From NCBI RefSeq assembly GCF_001194135.2, contig NC_069003.1:28304807-28355330 (forward strand): a DNA stretch of 50,524 nt, written 5' to 3'. The DNA is from Octopus bimaculoides. Its lineage: Eukaryota. Positions 24,380 through 36,026 of this stretch are shown piece after piece. The first letter of the stretch is position 1. Every line of letters begins with the position of its first letter. The notes beneath the pieces were generated by a model. It was not told where the DNA came from and searched no databases. It saw only the letters and a list, made by a program, of their open reading frames with translations. Made by a program: the position numbers and the translations under genes.

Positions 24380-24730
24380 AAGTATGTAGCCCTTAAAACG
24401 GTTTTTGTGCATTTACAGAGAATACCGAACTGTCTTACACAGGATCTTGTTTTTAGGAATTCCCAGTAAGTTATGAATACTTAAATTGTGAAGTCAGTTA
24501 TGTAATAACATGAAATTAATTACCCGATAGTAAGAATTCAAATAAAGTAGCTCCGAAAAGGGTTTTAATACGTTCCCAGAGTATATAGAACTTAGAAGGA
24601 AATACTAATAAGGTATGTATACTAAAATTGTGAAGCATGTTACGTAGTAACTGGCTAATCAGATATGAGATAATAACAATTCAAAGTAAATAACTCTGAA
24701 AAGGGCTTCTGTGCGTTCCCAGAGAATATT
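24380..24730. repeat. Degenerate ~140 bp tandem repeat
   Basis: atact(t/a)aaattgtgaag...aattcaaa...gaaaaggg...cgttcccagag at ~24478-24580 and ~24619-24725, with a partial earlier copy at ~24381-24424. Confidence 0.7.
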
Positions 24731-25172
24731 ACCCTCAACGGCGCTAGTGTCGGTATATTCATGAATAAGTCACTAACCGAAATAAGTGGATTTATTGTTT
24801 AGGAAAATACTATTTACTTTTTAAGGGTTGTACTGGATAAATTGCGAAAATAACAGTTCAAATACTAAGAAATAAACATACTCAATTTGATTTGTACCAA
24901 ATAATTTAGGAAAATGAATGAGTTATTTCCCTTGGCTATATATAAAGATCCCTTCCAGAGACGTATGGGTTATTTCCCTTGGCTGTGAAAAGAAAATATA
25001 TATATAAAGATCCCTTCCAGGGGCCCTATTATCGATTTTTTCAACAATCTGAGTATGCCATGAGGTTTCCAGATATGAGTTCTACTCGCGTATCAAGTCT
25101 CATCAAAATCGATAAAACGATGTACGAGGAGTTAGCTAACAACTCCACAAACACATTCACAGACAGAATTTC

Positions 25173-25207
<35 letters not shown>

Positions 25208-25570
25208 CAGGGTGATTCAAAAGTTTCCATAGACAGGAAAAATTTATTTTTTTATAAGAGACAGTTAATATGATCCCCTAGATCCCCTAATCTGATCCCT
25301 CTTGATTTCCATCTTTGGGGGCATTTGAAAAGCATGGTGTATCGCGGAAAGATAAAAGACATAAATCATTTGAAGGAACGCATCATGGACTCATTCGCAC
25401 ACGTATCACCAGATGTGCTATTACGAGTTCACAATGAGTGGGGTAAACGTGTTGCAATGTGTATTCAAAACAGCGGCAACCATATTGAGCCTGTTAAATA
25501 AATTAAAAAAAAAACTTTCTTATAAAAAAGATAAATTGTTCCTATGTATGGCGACTTTTGAATCACCCTG
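25208..25570 (+). mobile_element. Internally deleted Tc1/mariner derivative with both TIRs and TA TSD
   Basis: TA|cagggtgattcaaaagt ... acttttgaatcaccctg|TA with ~55 bp imperfect TIRs. Retains SPRSPNLIPLDFHLWGHLKSMVY...HIEPVK*. Confidence 0.92.
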
Positions 25571-25609
25571 TATATGGAGATATATATATATATATATATA
25601 TAATATGTA

Positions 25610-25641
<32 letters not shown>

Positions 25642-25669
25642 CGAGAGAGAGAGAGAGAGAAGGCATTTA

Positions 25670-25985
25670 ACATGATCTCTCGAGCTACTTGCGATAGCAG
25701 CTAAATCTCTCAAGTTATACTCAACCGGCTTTCGAAAAGGAACATACTTAGACGGTGGGGATGGTGACGGCTGGAACTTTTTATCATAGGTCTGCTTGAA
25801 CGCAGAACTTAAAGACGGAAGAAATGCCACTAAGCATTTTGTTTGGCATGCCAACGAGTCTGCTAGCTCGCTGCCTTCGAGAAATCTGTAATAATCCGTT
25901 CTGCTAAAGGCACAAAGCCTGAAAATTCTAGGCTGGGGTCTAGACGATTATATTGACTCCAGTGTTTCACTGGTATTTAATTTTT
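25670..25985. mobile_element. Family D fragment fused to a SINE A head, followed by a SINE A tail
   Basis: ggctggaactttttatcataggtctgcttgaac|gcagaacttaaagacgg junction at ~25800. Confidence 0.65.
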
Positions 25986-26220
25986 AAAAATTTTTACAAA
26001 CTCACCTCCACGCATTTTACAAACAAGAAAAAAAAAATCGGATTTTTCGCGTGGAAACAAATCCCCTGACCTCCTAATGTGCCGCACACGCATTATTTTG
26101 GTTCGGAAAGGGGTGGGGGGTGACAGAATTATTGGAATTTTTTTCTTTTCGTTGAATTAATTATGGTGACTTAATATGTCACAAAACACATTTTTGTCCG
26201 GAAAAGGGGATGGGTTGGGA

Positions 26221-26425
26221 TGGAACCCTCAGAAGTTTCTTGGACCCTGAAAGGATGAAAGGAAAAGTCAACCTTGCCGGAATTTGAATGGAACCCTCGG
26301 AAGTTTCTTGGACCCTGAAAGGAAAAGTCAACCTTGCCGGAATTTGAACTCAGAACATTAGCGACTGGTGAAATACCGCTAAGCTTTCCGTCCAGCGTGC
26401 TAACGATTTTGCCAGCTCGCCCTTT
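26221..26425 (-). mobile_element. SINE A 5' half with a 60-68 bp tandem duplication
   Basis: Units at 26221-26288 and 26289-26348. Confidence 0.85.
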
Positions 26426-27416
26426 GACATTTAACAAGTATCTTTTATGCGTTTACGTATTAGCTCCACTTATTCGGGGATAACTGAATCTATTTTTGCA
26501 TTTTCCCCGGCTTGCTTTGGTTTCATTATCAATCCTGCAGATAATATGTACCTAAAACCTAAATCGCTAAGTGGTCCTAAACTGATAGGATGGTCATAAG
26601 GGGCATGCCTTCGTTTATAATTTTAACCACTGAGTTGATTTGGGGCCAAACTACAACGGCGATGATGACATCGGCAAAAAAGAAAAAAATGTAAGATCTA
26701 CTACTACTACTACTACTACCGCCACAACAACGGTAATAGGAGTAATAACAGCAACTACAAGAAAAAGAGCGGCAACTGGAAAAACAAATAAGGAAAAAAA
26801 TGTTACGACAGTAACTTTAAAAGCCATGAAAATAACAGCAGTGACAAGAGCAGCAACAAAACGATGGCAGTGTGGCAATAACAATAACTGCTACAATACA
26901 TTCAGTCTAATCCATGTGGGAATTCCTGCGTGGTCGTTCGACTTAACAAGAAATCCTGTCTATAAAGGCATGATGCCGGATTCTTGGCGATTACATAGAT
27001 CTCCAATACTCGACTGGTATTTATTTTATCATCTCTGAAAGGATGAAAGACGAAATTGACCTCGGCGGAATTTGAACTCAGAACGTAAATTTTGTCCGGC
27101 GTCCTCAAATACACCGAATCACCTTAAAAAACCCAAACAAAAACGACACATTGGGATTATGTAGAGCTGACCTTGTGCGAAACAACAACATCGTTATTAG
27201 GTGTGGGTATGAAGGAGATCATTCTTTGTTTATTCTCGCCCTCCCCCCATTCTTTTTTTAAATAGTTTGAGAACATTCCGACTTCTTTGGTATTGTAGGA
27301 CCCTGTCACGTTACACGTTGTTGGTCCTCAACACACGTGTTGCTTCCACTGTTATTCCAGAATAGATGTGAAAGCTATTCATGACTGTAACACAGTCTTG
27401 TGTTACTCTTTATCTC

Positions 27417-27548
27417 AGCGTCCCGATGCTGCTACTTGTATTGCTGCCTAGCGTCCCGATGCTGCTGCTCTTATTGCTGCCTAGCGTCCCGATGCTGCTG
27501 CTTGTATTGCTGCCTAGCGTCCCGATGCTGCTGTTTGTACTGCTGCCT
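27417..27548. repeat. 33 bp minisatellite x4
   Basis: agcgtcccgatgctgct(a/g)cttgtattgctgcct starts at 27417, 27450, 27483 and 27516. Confidence 0.95.
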
Positions 27549-27889
27549 CTACTAGCACCACTTGTCTTTTTCACTAATTTAATGTTCTCAATGACTACCC
27601 AAGAGGCGAAACAACGAACATACGAGGAAACTCTACGAGGTTGCTCCCCTTGTTAAAAATAGCAAGCAAACCCCCATAAACTTACGTCTACTAGGTTTCA
27701 GAAATGGTAGACGATGGAGAGAACATATCGGATATGCAGTACAACATACTCCAACAAAGACAGGATGGTCATGATTGGAATGCCTTCAATGATACGTAAG
27801 CTCGATCAGACTTGAACATTACCACCAACATCCTGGCGTCGGTCTGCAGTATCATTAGTGCGTCGGACTACATGCCATGCCGTATCGGT

Positions 27890-28420
27890 AATACTTCCAC
27901 ATAAGAATTTATTCTGGGTCTTTATGTTCCGAGTTCAAATCACGCATTGGTCAATTTCGTTTTTCATTCCACTGGGGTTGATAAAATAAAGGACCAGTCA
28001 AGAACTGGAGTTGAATTAATCGACTAACCCTCCCATTACCTATGGCCTTGTACCTATATTAGAAATGTAGCAGAATTGTGGTAATGCAATGGAAAAAAAA
28101 ATACCTTGCGTCACTTGTTATGACTCTTTGCATTCTGAGTTCAAATCTCGCCAAGCTGAACTTTGCCTTTCACACCTCCGGGGTTGAGACTAAATTACAA
28201 TAATTATTAATTGCGAGTCGTACAAAATGCACAACGGCATTTCTTCCGGCTCTTTCTCAGAGCAAATTCCCCCGAGGACAACTTTACCTCCCTTCCTTTC
28301 ACAGGGGATAAAATAAGTAATTATCAAAGCACTGGAGTGGATGTAAATAGACCTATTTCCTTCCTTGCAAATTTCAGGTTTTGTGCTTATAGTGGAAAGG
28401 ACGATTATTATTATTATAGC
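27890..28420 (+). mobile_element. Three degenerate SINE A fragments
   Basis: tgagttcaaat / ttcatcc / gataaaataa cores at ~27890-28065, 28105-28190 and 28290-28420. A minus-strand fragment also lies at ~27000-27110. Confidence 0.7.
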
Positions 28421-28968
28421 AGAGGATACCGTTAAACGAGAGATAAACTCCAGATGATAAAAGTGCGGAGTACAGTAAAGCAAGAGTTAAATAAACTCCT
28501 GGTTTTAGACTGGAGAATACTGTATAGAGATATTAAAGAGCGAGATACTAAACTTCACCTATTGAAGTGGAGGGTACTATAAAGCAGTGATTAAACTAGT
28601 TGTACAATGACGATTACCAGTAAGCTCCTGGCATACGTTTGTCAGTTAAGGATAAATTCTCTCACTAACGCTGAAGTCATCGAGAAAGTATAAACATCAC
28701 AATCGTATAAAAATGTCGTTGCCGTCTTCTGGAGACGTAAAAAAACAAACAAACTAACTAACAAATCTCTTACGCAATCATACAGATGTACACTACATAC
28801 ATGCATGTATGTATGCATACATACACACACGATATATCATGTGTACATACACACCCTCCAATTTATATAAAAATATTTCTTAGACACGCTGATTTATTTG
28901 TGGGTGGAGTTAAATGGTTTGTTCACTGACACACACACACACCCGATCAAAGACTGCTGTCGTAAGTT

Positions 28969-29009
<41 letters not shown>

Positions 29010-29190
29010 NNNNNNNNNNNNNNNNNNNNNNNNNNNNNNNNNNNNNNNNNNNNNNNNNNNNNNNNNNNNNNNNNNNNNNNNNNNNNNNNNNNNNNNNNNN
29101 NNNNNNNNNNNNNNNNNNNNNNNNNNNNNNNNNNNNNNNNNNNNNNNNNNNNNNNNNNNNNNNNNNNNNNNTATATATATTTATTTATAT

Positions 29191-29557
29191 AGGCGTGGCT
29201 GTGTGGTAAGAAGCTTGCTTCCCAACCACATGGTTCCGGGTTCAGTCCCACTGCGTGGCACCTTCGGCAAGTGTTTTCTACTATAGCCTCGGGCCGACCA
29301 AAGCCTTGTGAGCTGATTTGGTAGACGGAAACTGAAAGAAGCCCGTCGTGTGTATATATATATATATATATATGTTTGTGTGTCTGTGTTTGTCCCTGCT
29401 ACCATTGCCTGACAACTGATGTTGGTATATTTACGTCCCTTAACTTAGCGGTTCGGCAAAAGACGGTTAGAATAAGTACTAAGCTTTCAAACAATAAGTC
29501 CTGGGGTCGATTTGTTCGACTAGCATGGCTGCAGTCAAATGACAAACAGTTGAAAGA
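29191..29557 (+). mobile_element. SINE family B (CORE-like), full length
   Basis: Head ggcgtggctgtgtggtaag..ggttcagtccc, CORE-like gtggcaccttcggcaagtgt, internal TA tract and tail gcatggctgcagtcaaatga. Confidence 0.92.
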
Positions 29558-30401
29558 TTATGAGTATATATATCTGCATTTATGTAATATTTATTTGCGT
29601 CTATCTATCTTTTTTTTTCTCGTTCCCTTTTGATCGAACTCCCCCCTTTTTCCTTCCTACGACCCCTTTTGATCGACACCCCCTACTTCCTTTTTTCCCC
29701 CTCCCCCCTCCCAAAAAGAAAGCTCTACATTGTATTTGTCCCATCTTTGTTGAGCCCTGTGTCGCTAATAAAAGAAATCTATCTATCTATATATATATAT
29801 ATACACGTATGCATGACCGCTTGCTTCAAAACTTATCTAACAGGTGTCCTAAAGAGTGTGTGGGACACACCATATCATTATGATTGCAATTTATTTAATC
29901 TACTTATTAAATGAATAGATTAAACAAACAATAACAAACTGTCATCATAATACACACACACACACACATATATGCATACATATTTGTATACTTGTGTGTG
30001 TGTGTGTGTGTATGCATATAGTGCATACTTTATATACACAAATTTATATTACATACGTATAATATTATATATATTTCGATAACATTAAGAATTATATTTA
30101 TACACACGCGCACACACATTGAGGCACAGAGTAATAAATTTAGTCACCATTCTCATATAATCTATTCCCGTAGTGTTTACATAGTTTATTTTTTAAAAGA
30201 TTTAATCCACTAAGACTCTTTATATAACTATTTACCAAGCGCATTTGACATGTAGTGGTATGTATGTGTGTGTGTGCGTGTGTCTCGGTCCCGGCACCAC
30301 CACGCAGAAGAAATAAACTACGTAAGAGGGCCGCGGAAAGGGTATAAAGTCACGGTGGTATTCCAGCATGACTGCAGCCGAACGGCCGAAATAGATAAAA
30401 G

Positions 30402-30451
<50 letters not shown>

Positions 30452-30918
30452 AACAAACATGAATTATAAAAACTGACTTCATATGTTTTTGTTTGTGTAC
30501 GTGAGCAGGTTTCATTTGTATCAGAAATTGTTTATTATTTGCATGTTGAATCGATAAATTGCTTTATACGGAGGGTAACGTAAGGTTTATATTATAATCA
30601 GAATTTAGATTTCATTAGTGTGTGTGTGTATATATATATAAATATATATATATATAAATTGAAAGCGGTAAGAATCATTAATGCGTCGCACTCAAATGCA
30701 TTGTAGCACCTAGTTATGTCCCTTCCTTTGGGTTCGAATCCAGTCAGGTTCGATTTTTGCCTCTTCATATCTTTGTTGTCTGCAAGATAAGCACCCGTCC
30801 AATATTGAGATCGATTTCATCGAATGTCCCCTCCCACAAAGTGTGATAAGAGGAGCCTTGTGCAGAAGACCAAAATAATAATAATAATAATAAATAGTAA
30901 TTATTGTCATTGTCAAAA

Positions 30919-31320
30919 CTTACCTGACCGGCCGTCCTACGCAGACGATTGTCGTAAGCTGCAGTGCTGAATAAATGATCCTGTGTGTTGAATCTTAAGC
31001 TCTGTCGCCTTAGTCGGGTTGATGGCTCTCTGCACTGGCGAACAAGAGTAGTCCGTGTTGCAGTGAGAAGCGCCAGTCGCTGGTACAGTCCGGTGCTGTC
31101 ACTATGCTATGACGACGCAAATGTGGGGGTAGATTTCACTTTTACTAGCAAAGTGGTTGGTGATCTAACTTTACTGTAACCGCCTTCCCCGCTGTCGCTG
31201 CTGCCAATAGCACCAGTATCGCAAGTAAAGGGCGTTAGTGATTCATGTGAAGTAAGGCTGCCAGAAGTTTTGGAGGCTGGGAGTTAGAGTTTAGAGGGGT
31301 GGGGATATTTAAAATTCAAG
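30919..31320 (-). promoter_or_regulatory. Candidate CpG-rich first (5' UTR) exon and proximal promoter of an unidentified minus-strand transcript
   Basis: About 20 CpG in ~320 bp against an AT-rich background. Perfect CAG|GTAAGT donor on the minus strand (forward acttacctg, ~30918-30926). CACCC box at ~31297-31304. No repeat motif recognised. Confidence 0.3.
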
Positions 31321-32375
31321 ACGTCTATCAAAGTGATTGGGGAATAGGAATTAACACGTAACTAAAATATTACACAAAAAACAAGACACTCAAATATACA
31401 GTATTTTGGTTGCGTTTGCCTGCTTTGTTAGCATTTTTCTTTCAAACTTCCCGACCACGTACACGTTTGGGAAAGCTTCTTCAGTAAGACGTTTATTTTT
31501 TAATGTGTGCTTGTATGTGTTTAGGTGCGCATATTTTGTGTGTATGCATGGAAAGTTATATATATATATATATACACACATACATACATACACATATATA
31601 TATATATATATATATATAGACATGTATTATATAGACATGTGTATACATACATACATTATATATATATATATATACACACATACATACATACACATATATA
31701 TATATATATATTCTGTGTATGTGTGTGTGTATATGCACACACACACACACACACACGTGTGTGTGTGTGTGCGTAAGTATATGTGTGTTTGTAGACGTAA
31801 CTTCACTGAACGCTTGAAAATTTCGCCTAGCAACCTGAAGTACCAGAGTCAATGCGACAGAGTGGCACCTTCGGCAAATGTCCTCTACTACAGCCTCTCT
31901 TCAACCGAACACTTTTGAGTGAAAATGTGTAGTCGGAAAATTGTGCAGAAGCTGGTCGCATGGATTGAACTGGTAATTAAAAGGTTCAGCTGTGTCACGC
32001 TGACTATCTGAGAATTACACGCTCACATGCCGCTTGCACGCTAATTCAATGAGCAGGTAACCCAGATGATCAAACAATTTGAAACTGTTAATCGGAAATT
32101 CTGACTGCTACACACACACACACACAATGTGTTGTTCCATGATAGAAAATTCAAAAAAAAAAAAAAAAAGGATTCCATCTAGTGAGAGATAAATATTTAT
32201 CTAAAGGTCACAATACATGTAACAAAGCGCTGCTAATAGTTTCATATGTTGAGAAAACTAATATATTCTTCAGGCACAAACCACATGTTAGAATTTTCTC
32301 AACACATGAAACTATTTGTAGCACTTTAATACATGTATTGTGACCTTTAAATAAATAAATAGATATATATACCTA

Positions 32376-33388
32376 CAGGGTAATCGGGTTAAATTTGATA
32401 GTTTGCATTAAGGAAAGAAAAATGCAATATATCACTAAAAAATTAAATATATTTAAAAAAAAAAAGAAATAAAAACTTTTCAACTGGATTGTGACTGAAT
32501 ATAATAGTTTGTTCAAAGTCGCCACTCTCAGCTTCCACCTCAACACGGCTCTGAAACCTCGTGCATGCATTCTTCATTGTGTCCATGAAAGGATCTTCAA
32601 ACACCTCCTTGACCTTAGTCACCAACTCGATCTTGGTGTTACTGGCAGAGCGGTTAGTGTCTTTCTCAACCACACTTCACACATGGGATTACAATTGGGG
32701 GGAAATGATGAGGCCAGAAATTGGGGCTGGTGAAGTTGTAGAAATTCTCCGACAACCACTTCTGACTCTTTCCGGAAGTATGGTAAGAAACTGAATTTTA
32801 CTTCGTCGCAATATGGCCTTCCAGCAGTAACCGGCTCGAGCCAGGGTTTGTCCACAGTCACCAGCCGCTTCACACTAGTCTGATTTGAGCCTAAGAACCT
32901 GTTCAAAAGAGTGGTGCAGCATGACTTTACACTTACTGACCATCACAGTTTGAGAGGACGTGGATTTTATGATATGTGGGGCACCACATGGATTGTAGGC
33001 AAGCCATCTACTCTTCTCTATGTTGTGCAACTGGTCCTGGCAGAAATTCCTTCCATCTGAGAAGAACCAAATCATCTTTACCTTCCTCAAGCGATTCTCC
33101 CTAGCCTTGGCTGTCAGAATTTATCACTTGCGCGTTCTGTACGAGTGGTAGCGACGGTCTTCATTAAGGGAAACTCCAGTATTCATCTCTTTCACCAAAG
33201 CTCGGATTCATTGTTTGGATCTCCCATCGCTTTGTCCTGCAGCTGTTGGATGAACCCCAGCTTGCAGACGCGGTTAGAATGCCTGTTGTGTCCCTTCCTG
33301 CTCGCTCGCTACGTCTTCGCAGTCTCTCAGAATGTACAGTGTTCACAGAGCATTGAGCAGTAGTCATGATGTCGGCATCTTGATACAG
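32376..33388 (-). mobile_element. Tc1/mariner transposon resembling the maT/DD37D group, decayed, one TIR
   Basis: IMTTAQCSVNTV, FIQQLQDK, IWFFSDGRNFCQDQLHN, HTSGKSQKWLSENFYNFTSPNFWP and VEKDTNRSASNTKIELVTKVKEVF. TA|cagggtaatc TIR at 32374-32385. Confidence 0.85.
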
Positions 33389-33992
33389 GTAACTCTTTTC
33401 TTTATTTCATGATGTGTGGGTGTGTGTGTACGATGATTGCCTCATCTAGTTAGATGACTACATCTGTAGTCATTCTATTTAAGTGACAAAAGCTTTTACA
33501 CCACTTTTGCCACTCAGTCATCCTAGTAGGTTCCTGTGACAAGTATTACAAGATGTATCGTAGTATTGTGACTGTAAGTTATATGTCAGAGAATCTTTCT
33601 CCTAGAAGAGCTGCCTTCCTAACGGCATTGTCAAAAGTAACGGGAGGCTACTCTATACCTGGGGAAATCTGTTTGTCCCATCTATGGGTTGTATAGATTT
33701 CCTCAGGTGTAGAGTAGCCTCCCGTTATTTCCGACAGGCGTTAGGAAGGCAGCTCTTTTAGGAGAAAGATTCTGACATAAAACTTAGTCAAAATAGTACG
33801 AGACATCTTATAATACTTGTCACTGGAACCTACTAGGGTGACAGAGTGAGTGGCAAAAGTGGTGTAAAAAGCTTTTGCCACTTAAAAAAATGACTTCAGA
33901 TGTATTAATTGAGACGGCTATCATCTAATTAGATGAGGCAGTCATGGTCCACACACACACACAAACTCAGGTGAAATAAAGATCAGAGATAC
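33389..33992. repeat. Foldback palindrome with ~280-300 bp arms and a ~25 bp loop (MITE-like)
   Basis: ggaggctactctatacctggggaaatct / agatttcctcaggtgtagagtagcctcc flank the centre. The arms stay alignable out to ctttatttca / tgaaataaag. Confidence 0.92.
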
Positions 33993-34194
33993 ATTTATTC
34001 CATGCAGAAACTGCAGGACCTACCTAATGATATTACAAGCTTTCTTGATGATGATTAAAGCAATCGCAATGTTGGAAACCCTTCTGTATCATCAACAAGT
34101 ATCTCAGTGTCACAAGTATTTTGCTCCGTGGCCGAAAAGCATCACCTGAGTGGAACAGCAAGCACTGAATTGATTTTCGCCTGCAGAAGGGTTC

Positions 34195-34570
34195 CATCTG
34201 CGGTCTACGGTTAACCAGGACCACCTTTCAGTTGCTATTACAATCTCCACGGTGGCTTTTTTATGCTGTTTTTGTTCCAAACCGATCTTCTGCAGGAAAT
34301 AGCGTACTCATCTTGCTGAAAAGCCGCGGCAACCGACTTCAATAGGAAATGAGGTTGCTTGCCATCCTTTGACAAAAAGCCGCATCAGCTAAGTCATGAC
34401 ATTTAGTTTTCTTTAGCTGGTGAGAAATGCCAAGTTTGTCTTCCCATCGCACTGTGAATTCAGCGCCAATGATTGTTTTTATGCTCCTGGGTATCAGGAA
34501 TATACCTTGTCTGAACGATATTACTGCTACCTCCTCCAGAGAGACAAATCTACCCTGCAAGTGTGAGGAT
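34195..34570 (-). mobile_element. HERO-like (R2 superfamily) non-LTR retrotransposon RLE domain remnant
   Basis: LEEVAVISFRQGIFLIPRSIKTIIGAEFTVRWEDKLGISHQLKKTKCHDL, frameshift, then GWQATSFPIEVGCRGFSAR*VRYFLQKIG...ERWSWL. Compare EIAxTSLRPDIVL...ELTVPWE...GW....PVEVGCRGF. Confidence 0.8.
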
Positions 34571-34696
34571 TGATGTGAAATAGAAAACGGGTTGACTACA
34601 TTTGCTTTTCCTTAAAGGGCCTTATCGCCTTCCCTTAAGAATTGAGACTACCTAAAGGTAGTGACAGCTATTGTTTGTTGGCCTTAGACCACAACC

Positions 34697-35171
34697 GAGA
34701 AGGGAACTTCATGGGAAAAAATTTCTTGTCTATCTGGTGGGATTGCAAAGGAGTAATTCACTTTGAATTATTACCACCTGATGCAACAATCAATGCTCAA
34801 GTCTACTGTCAGCAATTAGAGCGTTTGAACCAAGTTTTGAAAAAAAAAAATAAAGGACCCGCTTTAGTGAATCGAAAAGGAGCGATGTTTCATCAAGACA
34901 ATGCGCGACCCCACACTGCAAAGATCACATCACAGAAGATCGAAGAGTTGGCTGGGAAAAAAATTCCTCATTCACCTTATTCTCCCGACCTTGCTCCTTC
35001 AGACTACCATTTGTTTCGTAGTTTACAGAATCATTTAGGGGACATAACTTTCGCAGGCCAGGAGGAGGGCAAAACTGACATTTCAGAGTTCTTCGCTTTG
35101 AAACCAAAAGAGTTTTACATTGATGGGATTAAAAAGCTTGTAAATAGATGGAAGGAAGTCATAGATAATCA
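34697..35171 (+). mobile_element. mariner DD34D transposase C-terminal half
   Basis: LSIWWDCKGVIHFELL, FHQDNARPH, YSPDLAPSDYHLFRSLQNHL and KLVNRWKEVIDN. 34 residues separate the second and third D. No stop for ~150 codons. Confidence 0.95.
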
Positions 35172-35377
35172 GGAAGAGCCCCGTCGTATTCACACAGACA
35201 TACTAGCGGTGTTGGTGTGTTTACAACATACAACCGGTGTTGGTGTGTTTACGTCCCCGTAATATAGAATAAGTACTTGGCTTAAAAAAAGTCCTGGGGT
35301 CTATTTATTCTACTATAAACAACCCTTTAAGGCCGTACCCCAGCATGACCGCAGCCAAATGACTGAAACAAGATAAA

Positions 35378-35380
<3 letters not shown>
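35172..35380 (+). mobile_element. SINE family B 3' half
   Basis: gaagagccccgtcgtat...ggtgtgtttacgtccccgtaa...cagcatgaccgcagccaaatgactgaaacaag. Confidence 0.85.
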
Positions 35381-35417
<37 letters not shown>

Positions 35418-35923
35418 TGTGTGTGTGTGTGTGTGTGTGTCTACTTAGATATCAGGCTTCAATACTGCGGCTGTCTTCCTAGTTCCAGTCACAACACTTA
35501 GTTCGATTCGAGAACATGCGTACGCTGTAGTGCCGCTTAGGCGAGGGTTTAAGAAACGAACTTCTTAAACACTCGCCCATTTACACTAAAAAGAAAATGA
35601 ATTTTATCTTCATGACTTCTTTCTGATGCATTGCTTAGAGCTATTTTAGTCCTGCAAATCATATTGGTAAGGGATGACAGGCGGAGAATGTATTCAACCG
35701 TGAGAAACCCCCAAATTCCCTAATGACTGGTTTCACACTAAATCTTCGTATATTGCCAGCTTGGGGTCCCTTAATGTACATGTTTATCCACATATGCATA
35801 TTATTACATTCGTGTATAAATGAGCAAATAAATAGACTTTAAATATGTTTATAAATATTCGACATATTGACAAGAACGCCTTTGCAATATACACGTGGGA
35901 ACATGTGTAGGTATACATGTTTA

Positions 35924-36026
<103 letters not shown>

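Noticed and set aside
26640-27038. 132-aa Thr-rich ORF
   Set aside because: It derives from (ACT)/(ACA) trinucleotide-rich sequence running into a SINE.
28450-28610. Possible RTE relic (GYYKAVIKLV resembling RVYKAVIRPV)
   Set aside because: Similarity is too short and degenerate to call by eye.
20700-35171. The N-terminal (20.7-21.5 kb) and C-terminal (34.7-35.2 kb) mariner halves as one split element
   Set aside because: Their overlapping region differs (LIHYNFLKPG versus VIHFELLPPD), indicating different families. They are also on opposite strands and 13 kb apart.
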